Below are positions 30,230-38,800 of a stretch of DNA of 64,000 bases, one piece after another. The translations under genes and the position numbers were made by a program. The stretch is from Candidatus Bathyarchaeota archaeon. GTDB taxonomy: Archaea; Thermoproteota; Bathyarchaeia; Bathyarchaeales; Bathycorpusculaceae. Position 1 is the first letter of the stretch. Every line of letters begins with the position of its first letter. Where the stretch lies: contig CAWFFH010000001.1 in assembly GCA_963815095.1 (NCBI GenBank), positions 96,001 through 160,000 of the forward strand, read 5' to 3'. The notes under the pieces were generated by a model. The model worked only from the letters and a program-made list of their open reading frames with translations. It was not told where the DNA came from and made no database searches.

Positions 30230-30934
30230 ATGGTTGATATAATTGATACATTTAATTCGGCTGGAACCTTCAAAAGGTTTGTTTCAGCAGTTCAAGCAGC
30301 AGACCTAGTTGATACGCTCAGAGATGGCTTTTTCACGGTTTTTGCACCCGATGATCAAGCTTTCGCGAACCTTCCAGAAGGCACGATTGAAGGTCTTCTA
30401 AAAGATACGCCAAAGTTGACGGCAGTGTTAATGTATCATATGGTAGCAGGAAAACTTACAATTGACAAAATAAGCAAATTAGATTCAGCCAAAACACTTC
30501 AAGGTCAAGAAATCAAAATTAACGCTCGCAAATGGCATCTTCACGTTCCCCCAAAAATCAACGACGCAAACATAACAAACACTGACATCCTATCCGACAA
30601 CGGGGTAATTCATGTTTTAGATAGAGTTCTTATGCCAGATATGGCGCTAACTTGCATGGTGTGTGGGATGGGCTTTATGACAATGGAAGCTTTGAATAAT
30701 CATACCAAAGTGATTCATATGGCAAAGAAAATGTCTGAGCCAAATCCGCCTGTTGAGATTGTGCGCACCGTTGAAAAAGCCACGGCACCAATGCCAATCA
30801 CTCGGGAGGTTCCTTTGAGGGGAATAGAGCCTAATCAGATTCTTTGTCCATTCTGCTCTAAACCATTTAAAACTCGTCATGAAATGGATCGGCATATGGA
30901 CGCTTCACATCATGAATCAAAAGGACACGAGTAA
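30230..30934 (+). CDS. Fasciclin (FAS1) domain protein fused to two C2H2 zinc fingers
   Basis: FTVFAPDDQAF, LMYH, NGVIHVLDRVLMP; then CMVC..F....L..H....H and CPFC..F....M..H....H. Confidence 0.85.
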   Translation: MVDIIDTFNSAGTFKRFVSAVQAADLVDTLRDGFFTVFAPDDQAFANLPEGTIEGLLKDTPKLTAVLMYHMVAGKLTIDKISKLDSAKTLQGQEIKINARKWHLHVPPKINDANITNTDILSDNGVIHVLDRVLMPDMALTCMVCGMGFMTMEALNNHTKVIHMAKKMSEPNPPVEIVRTVEKATAPMPITREVPLRGIEPNQILCPFCSKPFKTRHEMDRHMDASHHESKGHE

Positions 30935-30961
30935 ACTAACGAATTCGTAGGAGATGATTGG

Positions 30962-31093
30962 GTGAGTAAGAAAGGAGAAACAGGAGAACAAGATCGGGGA
31001 AAACCTCAACCTCGAAAAAAGAAAGATCGAGACGTTGCTCGCAAGCAGAAGAAACTAGGCAGGCTTGAAAGACAGCAATCGAGACAGGAATAA
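30962..31093 (+). CDS. 43-aa basic small protein
   Basis: GGAGATGA RBS then GTG; MSKKGETGEQDRGKPQPRKKKDRDVARKQKKLGRLERQQSRQE. Confidence 0.5.
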   Translation: MSKKGETGEQDRGKPQPRKKKDRDVARKQKKLGRLERQQSRQE

Positions 31094-31181
31094 TAAAATC
31101 CCTCTGCTTTTAGCCGTGATTCGAATAACCCCAAGAAAAGTATCTATTTTTTCTTGTTTCAGACAAGATCTGGCACGCTGA

Positions 31182-31829
31182 TTATTTGTCGTCTAGTTCT
31201 GGAATTTGTTGCATAAGCATATCCCAGCCTTCTGCAACAGCAGATTTTATGAGTGGCCTGACGCCCGCGAACACTTGCGGGGGCATAAACATCTTCCAAC
31301 CCCTTGTAACCGTCACTTGGTCGTTGAGGTTAAGCAGGGGAAATAACCACGCAATTGCCGCAGGAAAACGGTTAGGCGGAATTTTACTAGACATAATTCC
31401 ACCGATAGTGACTTGTTGGTTCACGGTTGTTTTCTCTCTTAGAATCGGGTAGAGGTGGGCGTCTTCTTTGTCTAAATGAATCTTTAAATGCGAATTTAGA
31501 ACCGCCGTGGCTCTGGTTGCCATTAGTTGGTCAGGTGATTTTTGCTGCCTCATCGTTTCCAGTGATTCGACCATTTTGTCGAGTTCTCGATGATCCATCA
31601 GGTACGCTCGAGCTACGAGTGGTGCGACGTCGTCGACTGCGGGAAAAACTGCTGCTTCCTCGCCCCTTGCATGGTAATCCAGGATTTCATTCATGGAATG
31701 TAGCCGATCCAAAACAGGTAATAGGTTCCCGTTGCTACGTGTAATGTCTAAGACTGAAGAATCGATTTCGAAAATATCTCGGCGGAATGCATTATGAAAA
31801 CACAGAACTACATCCATAGGACTTGACAA
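31182..31829 (-). CDS. Hemerythrin (HHE) domain protein
   Basis: HNAFRR, HARGEE, DHREL, HLDKEDAHLYP. Confidence 0.88.
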   Translation of the reverse strand: MSSPMDVVLCFHNAFRRDIFEIDSSVLDITRSNGNLLPVLDRLHSMNEILDYHARGEEAAVFPAVDDVAPLVARAYLMDHRELDKMVESLETMRQQKSPDQLMATRATAVLNSHLKIHLDKEDAHLYPILREKTTVNQQVTIGGIMSSKIPPNRFPAAIAWLFPLLNLNDQVTVTRGWKMFMPPQVFAGVRPLIKSAVAEGWDMLMQQIPELDDK

Positions 31830-31949
31830 CTAAAAGACTCCATTATGGATAAACGCAGATGGGGTTATTAATATTCCTAATGCGGGTTTGATTTGTTGAT
31901 AGTAAGGTTATTAGTAATCTAAAACACTTATCCTTGTAGTGGTGGCTTT

Positions 31950-32516
31950 ATGGCAAGAAAAAAACTCAGCAAAAAAAATCAAACCTCAAAAGCTGAAGGT
32001 GGCCTTCTGCCAAACACGTTAGAACGAGAAACTAAAATCCTAAATGCCATGGCAAACACGAGCGTTCTTTTGATGCGTACAATGATGGGGGCATTTACAA
32101 ATTTAATGGTAGATGCAACAAGCGCGATGGCTTCAGGAATGGCAGAAGCGATGGGTGGAAAAGTTGTCGAAGAAAAAGTTAGCCAAGAAATCAAACAAGA
32201 GGTTCCGGAAGTTAACGAAAAAATTAAAGCGATGATTTCGGACATAAGAAAAGACATTTACGTCCAAATGAGGGAAAAGAGGCAGGAGTTTGAATCATTG
32301 TTTTCTGATCCAGCGTTTGATGTTGGACCGAGAATAATTGAAAAATACGACTTTAATTTGCCAAAGCTTACAGAAGAACTCGACGACAACTCTCTATCGC
32401 AGTATTCACAGTTGCTGATAAGTGAGGATATAGATTTTGCCAATATGTTCAAAGAACTGGCGGAATGGATTGGTTCCCTTCCTAAGCCGGATGAAGCAAC
32501 TAAACTGAAAACTTGA
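31950..32516 (+). CDS. Hypothetical helical protein
   Basis: 188-aa ORF with GGTGG RBS. Confidence 0.6.
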   Translation: MARKKLSKKNQTSKAEGGLLPNTLERETKILNAMANTSVLLMRTMMGAFTNLMVDATSAMASGMAEAMGGKVVEEKVSQEIKQEVPEVNEKIKAMISDIRKDIYVQMREKRQEFESLFSDPAFDVGPRIIEKYDFNLPKLTEELDDNSLSQYSQLLISEDIDFANMFKELAEWIGSLPKPDEATKLKT

Positions 32517-32787
32517 AAAAATAGATCTAACATCAGCATCTAGAGTCCGATAAATAAGTATAATCAGCTGAAAATAGAAGGAGCTTAACCTTCACAAAAT
32601 TGGAACTTTTCTTAAGAACCATTTTAAGTGGACGAGATTAGAAATTTCTTAGTGATTTATTCAACGTAGGAAAGCCATAAAATTATCTTCTTGACAAACC
32701 TAAGAAATCCCGTGTTGAGGAACCTATAAGGCTGATTTCTGGTTAATTAAAAATAAAAGGACCCACTGCAATAGATAGTTGATCTGA

Positions 32788-33120
32788 ATGTTAAATTGGA
32801 CAATCGTTGACTCAGATGGAAGCCTCTTTTCTAGAGGAAAACACGATTATTATGCAATCCTTGTTCGAGGAATCCCTGAAGAGCATCCTAAAGACTGTAT
32901 TATAGAACTTTATGTAACCGATAAAGAGATGACGATATCTGAGATTAAGGTCAGCGCGGTCAAGGAAAAAATTGAGTTATTATCGCGTTCTATCGTTTTG
33001 GTGGACTTGTTGCACGAGATGAGCGTAGGTAAAGTCGTTCAAGAAATGAAAGAGACTGCTGAGAAAAGAGAGAATGAGAATCCTTATAGCTCAATCTCTA
33101 ACGATTATAGGTCAAGGTAA
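32788..33120 (+). CDS. Hypothetical protein
   Basis: 110-aa ORF. Confidence 0.5.
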   Translation: MLNWTIVDSDGSLFSRGKHDYYAILVRGIPEEHPKDCIIELYVTDKEMTISEIKVSAVKEKIELLSRSIVLVDLLHEMSVGKVVQEMKETAEKRENENPYSSISNDYRSR

Positions 33121-33182
33121 AATCGTTTATATTCCAGTGTCTATTCATGAAATTAATAATTATCAAATATTTTTAACGTTGG

Positions 33183-33647
33183 TTGATGATTATGGCGACT
33201 CCAGATGATTTAAAAGATATTCTTGATCCAAACGAAACCATTGAACTTTATATAAAACAAAAATTTTACCACCTCGCGATCGACATAGACTCAGTTGTCA
33301 TAACTAGTCAGAGAGTAATTTTGCGTCATCCCCACGCCCTCGGATTAAAAAAAGACTACACCGACTACAACTATCTAGACTTTGAAAATGTGACCATAGA
33401 CAAAGGCATACTTCGATCAACAATTAAATGCACCTTCAAATCGGGTGCACCCCCTCTTATACTGATTGATGTACCCAAAGATGACGCAGAAAAAGCATAC
33501 AGAACAATAAGAAACAACATTTACAAAGCTCAAACACAGGCCCTTATTCAAGAAACAACTCCTACAATGATAATCTGTTCATACTGTGGGGCCAAAAATC
33601 AACCGGGCACTTCCAAATGTATTAATTGTGGAGCAAATTTGACGTAG
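33183..33647 (+). CDS. Bacterial-type PH domain protein with C-terminal zinc ribbon
   Basis: VVITSQRVIL...DYNY...V.IDKGIL PH pattern; CSYCG...CINCG. Confidence 0.75.
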   Translation: MMIMATPDDLKDILDPNETIELYIKQKFYHLAIDIDSVVITSQRVILRHPHALGLKKDYTDYNYLDFENVTIDKGILRSTIKCTFKSGAPPLILIDVPKDDAEKAYRTIRNNIYKAQTQALIQETTPTMIICSYCGAKNQPGTSKCINCGANLT

Positions 33648-33698
33648 AAGAAGAAAAAAAATTGTTTTTTTTAATTCATTATTTTTTCTTCTTTCAAC
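33644..33698. repeat. AGAAG...CTTCT palindromic element, copy at the PH-gene stop
   Basis: GTAGAAGAAGAAAAAA ... TTTTTTCTTCTTTCAAC. Confidence 0.6.
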
Positions 33699-33892
33699 TT
33701 GGTCAATTTCCAAAAGGGAACGTTTAGGTAACAGTGAAGAAGCGATCATTTAGTAAGTTGTTTTTCAGAAAAAGTATACGAGTTTTTTTAATATCGAGTT
33801 TTTTGTAGTTTTTGCCTAAAGCTTTAATTCTGAGAAAGCTGTTCATTTTTTTGTCGAGTAGTCGACTTATCGATAATTTTGGTGGTTAGCCT

Positions 33893-36484
33893 ATGAGTCT
33901 GAATAATTTTACTGTTAAATCACAGGAAGCCGTTCAGAAGGCGGTAGAAATTTCATCTGGCGGACGCAATCAAGCAGTTGAGCCGCTTCATTTGCTGAAA
34001 GGCATATTGCTCGTTGACGAAAATGTGGTTCCTTTCTTGCTTAGAAAACTTGGAGTCAACTTTGATGCTTTCTCTGGTTTGCTTGATAAGGAAATTGATT
34101 CTTTACCTAAAGTGAGCGGTGGAGAGCAGTATCTTTCCTCAAATTCTAATAAGGTGCTTCATAAGGCTCAAGAGTTGGCCTCTGCGTCTAAGGATGAGTT
34201 TGTTTCCATAGAGCAATTGTTGTTGGCGATATTATTGTTGGATGATTCTGCTTCGCGTTTGCTCAAAGGCTGCGGGGTTAATGAAAAAGATCTCAAGTCT
34301 GCAATTAGTCAGTTGCGTAAGGGATCTTCTGTTAATTCGGCGACTGCAGAAGAAACCTATAATGCTCTCAAAAAGTATGCCGTTGACCTAAATAGTTTGG
34401 CTCGGGCGGGTAAATTAGATCCTGTTATAGGTCGCGACAGCGAAATTCGACGGGTTCTTCAGATTCTATCTAGGCGGACAAAGAACAATCCTATTTTGAT
34501 CGGTGAGCCTGGTGTAGGTAAAACAGCTATCGTTGAGGGACTTGCGCAGCGCATAATTAACGGCGATGTGCCTGAGCATTTGAAGTCAAAGCAGGTTTTT
34601 TCTCTTGATATGGGTGCTTTGATTGCCGGTGCCAAGTATAAAGGTGAGTTTGAGGAGCGTTTGAAGAGTGTTATTAAAGAGGTCGTTGGAGCTGAGGGCG
34701 ATATTTTACTTTTTATCGACGAGATTCATACTCTTGTTGGGGCGGGCGGTGGCGAGGGCGCCATGGATGCGGCAAATATTCTCAAGCCAGCGTTGGCGCG
34801 AGGTGAGTTGCGTGCTATTGGCGCGACGACTTTGAAGGAATATCAAAAGTTTTTTGAGAAAGACAAGGCTTTAGAGAGACGTTTTCAGCCAGTAATGGTT
34901 AACGAGCCTAATGTTTTAGACACTATCTCTATTCTTCGAGGTTTAAAAGAGCGTTACGAAGTGTATCATCATGTTCGAATTAGAGATGATGCTATAATTG
35001 CAGCTGCTGAGTTGTCTCAAAGGTATATTACTGAGCGTTTTCTGCCCGATAAGGCAATTGATTTGATTGATGAAGCGGCTTCAAAGTTGGAGCTTGAAAT
35101 TAATTCTGAGCCTCAGGAACTTGAGGATGTTGATCGTAAGATACGGCAGTTAGAGATTGAACGTGAAGCTATCAAACAGGAAAAAAATGAGGTTAAGCTC
35201 AAGTCGCTTAATTCGGAAATTGCAAATTTGACGGAGCAACGTAATAGTTTACGGGCTAAGTGGCATTCTGAGAAGGCAATTGTAGATCAGATTCAGGTGA
35301 AGAAAAATGAGATTGAAGAGCTAAAGTTTGATGAGGAAAATGCTAACCGTCGGGGCGATCTTGGAAGGGTCGCTGAGATTCGGTATGGTAGAATTCCTAA
35401 TGCAACTAAAGCAATTGAGGATTTGAAGAAGAAATTAACGGGGTTGCAGAAAGATTCGGCGTTGGTGAATGAAGAGGTGGGCTCGGAGGAAATTGCTGAG
35501 GTCGTTTCTAATTGGACGGGGATTCCTGTTAGTCGCATGATGCAGACTGAGAAGGAAAAGCTGCTTAATATTGAAGCTGAGCTTCACATGAGGGTTATTG
35601 GTCAGGATGAGGCAATCCAAGCGGTTTCTGATGCTTTGCGCCGGAGTCGTGCGGGTCTGCAGGATCCTAAGCGTCCAATTGGGTCGTTTATTTTCTTGGG
35701 AACAACTGGAGTCGGAAAGACTGAATTGGTGAAGGCTTTAGCAGAGTTTCTCTTCAGCAACGAGAACAGTATGGTTCGGATTGATATGTCGGAGTATCAG
35801 GAGCGGCATACAGTTTCTCGGCTTGTGGGTGCTCCGCCAGGTTATGTTGGCTATGAAGAAAGTGGACAGTTAACTGAAGCGGTGCGAAGAAAGCCTTACT
35901 CTGTTGTTTTGCTTGATGAAATCGAGAAGGCCCATCTGGATGTTTTCAATATTCTGCTTCAGGTGCTCGATGATGGTAGATTGACTGACAATAAAGGTCG
36001 AACAGTCGATTTCAAGAATACCATCATTATTATGACTTCAAACATAGGCTCTCACCTAATTCAAGAAAACCTGGAAAAAATTACTTCTGAAAATCGCGAG
36101 CATATTCTAAATCAAACCAAAGAGCAAGTCTTTGAGTTACTTAAGAAAAGCATCAAACCCGAATTCCTCAACCGTATTGACGAAATAATAATGTTCCAAC
36201 CCCTCACTCAAGAGGAAATTAGAAAAATAGTGGAGCTGCAACTTCAAAAAGTTCAACAAATGTTGGAAAAAACTAACATAAAACTCACAGCCACAAAAAA
36301 AGCCATAGACTACATTGCCAATATTGGATTTGATCCACAATTCGGCGCCAGACCAATAAAACGTGTGATCCAAAAAGAAATCTTGAATGAACTTTCAAAA
36401 ATGTTGATCTCTGAAAAAGTCAACAAAGAAACAACGATTATTGTGGATGAAAAAAACGGTGAACTGATATTTAGGAATAAATAA
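33893..36484 (+). CDS. clpB: ATP-dependent disaggregase ClpB
   Basis: Clp-N repeats, two AAA+ domains ([16 protein letters not shown]), coiled-coil M domain, [13 protein letters not shown]. Confidence 0.96.
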   Translation: MSLNNFTVKSQEAVQKAVEISSGGRNQAVEPLHLLKGILLVDENVVPFLLRKLGVNFDAFSGLLDKEIDSLPKVSGGEQYLSSNSNKVLHKAQELASASKDEFVSIEQLLLAILLLDDSASRLLKGCGVNEKDLKSAISQLRKGSSVNSATAEETYNALKKYAVDLNSLARAGKLDPVIGRDSEIRRVLQILSRRTKNNPILIGEPGVGKTAIVEGLAQRIINGDVPEHLKSKQVFSLDMGALIAGAKYKGEFEERLKSVIKEVVGAEGDILLFIDEIHTLVGAGGGEGAMDAANILKPALARGELRAIGATTLKEYQKFFEKDKALERRFQPVMVNEPNVLDTISILRGLKERYEVYHHVRIRDDAIIAAAELSQRYITERFLPDKAIDLIDEAASKLELEINSEPQELEDVDRKIRQLEIEREAIKQEKNEVKLKSLNSEIANLTEQRNSLRAKWHSEKAIVDQIQVKKNEIEELKFDEENANRRGDLGRVAEIRYGRIPNATKAIEDLKKKLTGLQKDSALVNEEVGSEEIAEVVSNWTGIPVSRMMQTEKEKLLNIEAELHMRVIGQDEAIQAVSDALRRSRAGLQDPKRPIGSFIFLGTTGVGKTELVKALAEFLFSNENSMVRIDMSEYQERHTVSRLVGAPPGYVGYEESGQLTEAVRRKPYSVVLLDEIEKAHLDVFNILLQVLDDGRLTDNKGRTVDFKNTIIIMTSNIGSHLIQENLEKITSENREHILNQTKEQVFELLKKSIKPEFLNRIDEIIMFQPLTQEEIRKIVELQLQKVQQMLEKTNIKLTATKKAIDYIANIGFDPQFGARPIKRVIQKEILNELSKMLISEKVNKETTIIVDEKNGELIFRNK

Positions 36485-36600
36485 ATCCCTTTTATCCTGT
36501 CGTCATCATTCTGAACTTTGGAATATCAATTTTTCCCTTCATTTCAAATAATTGAGTAATGCCGCTTTTCTAAAATAGTGCTGCAAAGTATTACTTCACG

Positions 36601-36879
36601 TTATTGATAGTCAAGGCCCATGCGCTTCATAAAATCAAGAACTTTCGCATATTCTCTAAGATATTGTTTACCTTTTTCAGTTAGCTTATGCGTATTCTCT
36701 TCTTCAATTAGCCCTAGCTCTAGAAGTTCATTTATGTAGTTTTTCAACCGGTCAAAAGGCACACCCATTCTTACTTGAACTTGTGTTAATATTGTCTTTT
36801 CAGTTTTTGATTGTTCATTTAGTATTATCAAAAGGTCGCCGTAAATTTTCAGTTTGTCTCTCCGCGAGATTTTCTTCAT
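36601..36879 (-). CDS. Winged-HTH transcription regulator (HTH_45-like)
   Basis: RRDKLKIYGDLL, YINELLELGLI, LTEKGKQYL; ATGA overlap with the upstream membrane gene. Confidence 0.85.
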   Translation of the reverse strand: MKKISRRDKLKIYGDLLIILNEQSKTEKTILTQVQVRMGVPFDRLKNYINELLELGLIEEENTHKLTEKGKQYLREYAKVLDFMKRMGLDYQ

Positions 36880-37547
36880 TCGGGAGACCTTCTATTTGAA
36901 TAATTAAAGGTTAAATTTGAGACAAAAAGGAAAATTGTCAAAGCTGCTAAACGAAGTGCTAAAGCTCCATTAAATGCGAATATGCTGCCGTCAATCGACC
37001 AAATTAGCAACGAATATTGGCTAATTCCGAGTAAAATAAAACCAAACGGAATCCAGATAGTCGTTGGATCTGGTTTACTTACGTGACTTCTAAGTGTATG
37101 GATTGAAATGTAAATGAGACAAATAATGTTAAAAATCCGAACGTATACTTGAGTAGCTTGATAACTTTCAATTGCAAATTTAGGAAGGACAAATGCTACT
37201 AAAATTGAAGCTGCAAGGGAAACAATTAGCAAACTAAGTGCTATATTCCATTTGACTCGGGAATTTTTTGAAGGTTTTTTTGAAAAATAATATGTTAGTA
37301 CTAAGAAGGAATAAGCAAAAGTTCGAGATAAAAGTTGAACGTATGCTATTTCCTTGAAGGGAAATGTTTGCGAGAACGCTATGGCCCCGATAATGTATGA
37401 AACTCCAAGAAATCCAAATCCGAGAGGTAGTCCCAGATATCGCCCTTCCCCAGTGAGTTTGTAAGGTTTAATCATAAACCGTAAAAGAATAAAACACAGA
37501 ATTGCTGAAGCTACTTCAACTACTGTCCGAATAGTTGGATCATACAT
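36876..37547 (-). CDS. Standalone ~7TM membrane protein (paralog 1)
   Basis: About seven hydrophobic segments; RYLGLPLGFGFLG, RTFA..FL.LTYYFS, GISQYSL shared with the paralog. Confidence 0.8.
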   Translation of the reverse strand: MYDPTIRTVVEVASAILCFILLRFMIKPYKLTGEGRYLGLPLGFGFLGVSYIIGAIAFSQTFPFKEIAYVQLLSRTFAYSFLVLTYYFSKKPSKNSRVKWNIALSLLIVSLAASILVAFVLPKFAIESYQATQVYVRIFNIICLIYISIHTLRSHVSKPDPTTIWIPFGFILLGISQYSLLIWSIDGSIFAFNGALALRLAALTIFLFVSNLTFNYSNRRSPE

Positions 37548-37987
37548 AATAATATTATATTGAGTTCTGTTTTTCTTTTTATGTCTTTTCTACGATTGCT
37601 TCCAGGACAAAATCAGATGAAACCGAAGAAAGACCTATAATTAAACTGGGATCTCTAAATAAAAAAGTGTAATTTATTTATCTATATATTTCTAAAATAT
37701 CTATAAGTGCAAATGTTAGTCTATATAAGATCCAAGAATATACCCATACTCAATAATGTATTGTTTACCATTTGCTACATAGTCTAAATGAAGTCTTATT
37801 TTGTACTAATCCTAAGGCATCAAGGTCTGAAATATGGATTTAATCTTTCAGAATTATATTTCTTATATTGAACTTGAATAAACATAATTTTTTCTTTTTT
37901 ATTTTCAAAGCAGAGATTGCCAAGAAATCGCAATAAATTTTATTGCTAGCTTACACATGATTTTTTTTAATCCTTTTTTAAGTGCTA

Positions 37988-38665
37988 TTAGAACATTTTT
38001 TTGGCGGTCCAAAATGACCTATAGGCAATGATTAGAAATATTGCAAACCCTGCCCAGCGAATTGCCAGTGCCCCCCACCATGCAGCTATGCTATTGTCGC
38101 TAGCATAAATTATAAGCGAATATTGGCTTATCCCAAGAAGTATGTAACCAAATGGACTCCATATTGTATCAATATCTGGTGTTTCTAAATGACTTCTAAG
38201 TGTGTGAGCACAGAGATAGACAATACAAATTAGATTAAATATTCTCAAAACGCCGCTTGTAAATTGATAGCTAGGTAGATCGACCTGAGGAATACTGAGC
38301 AGAATAACCGAAGTTACAAATAGGGTAATTAATAAAATTAGACTTGTATTCCAGAGCCATCGGTTATTTTCTTTGCTTTTCCTTGAAAAATAGTACGTTA
38401 AACACAGAAAGACAAATGCGAAGGTTCTCACAATGGTTTGAAGATAAATTGTTCCAGTTCCAAAAAAATATGGTTGGAAATATACAAAAGCAGATAGCGC
38501 ATAGGCTGCTCCAAGAAATCCGAATCCAAGAGGTAATCCAAGGTATCGATTCTGTTTAGTGATCTGGAATGGTTTAATCATGAATCTTAGAAGAATTAGG
38601 CAAAGAATGGCTGAAATAGTTTCATAGACAACGCGGAATGTTTGAAAAGCATAAGGGTCTACGAT
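37988..38665 (-). CDS. Standalone ~7TM membrane protein (paralog 2); homology extends upstream of the ATG at 38581
   Basis: The same frame upstream reads ..DPYAFQTFRVVYETISAILCLILLRF, matching TM1 of paralog 1. No canonical start in frame. Confidence 0.75.
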   Translation of the reverse strand: MVDPYAFQTFRVVYETISAILCLILLRFMIKPFQITKQNRYLGLPLGFGFLGAAYALSAFVYFQPYFFGTGTIYLQTIVRTFAFVFLCLTYYFSRKSKENNRWLWNTSLILLITLFVTSVILLSIPQVDLPSYQFTSGVLRIFNLICIVYLCAHTLRSHLETPDIDTIWSPFGYILLGISQYSLIIYASDNSIAAWWGALAIRWAGFAIFLIIAYRSFWTAKKMF

Positions 38666-38724
38666 GAAAATTCACCATGTTTTAGTGTTTTTTAACAATC
38701 TTTAATGGTTGTCCCTAATATTTT

Positions 38725-38745
38725 ACGCTCACTATACGTGAGTGT
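38725..38745. promoter_or_regulatory. Candidate operator palindrome in the divergent promoter
   Basis: ACGCTCAC-TATAC-GTGAGTGT (7/8 inverted arms) between the 7TM genes and the PQQ-propeller gene. Confidence 0.45.
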
Positions 38746-38800
38746 GTCTTATTAGTCATTTCCAATGAGTAAGTTGTATAAAATTTAGGAGAAAAGAAAA

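Noticed and set aside
36876-38665. Microbial rhodopsin or heliorhodopsin
   Set aside because: No Lys in the last helix (no DxxxK or SxxxK motif).
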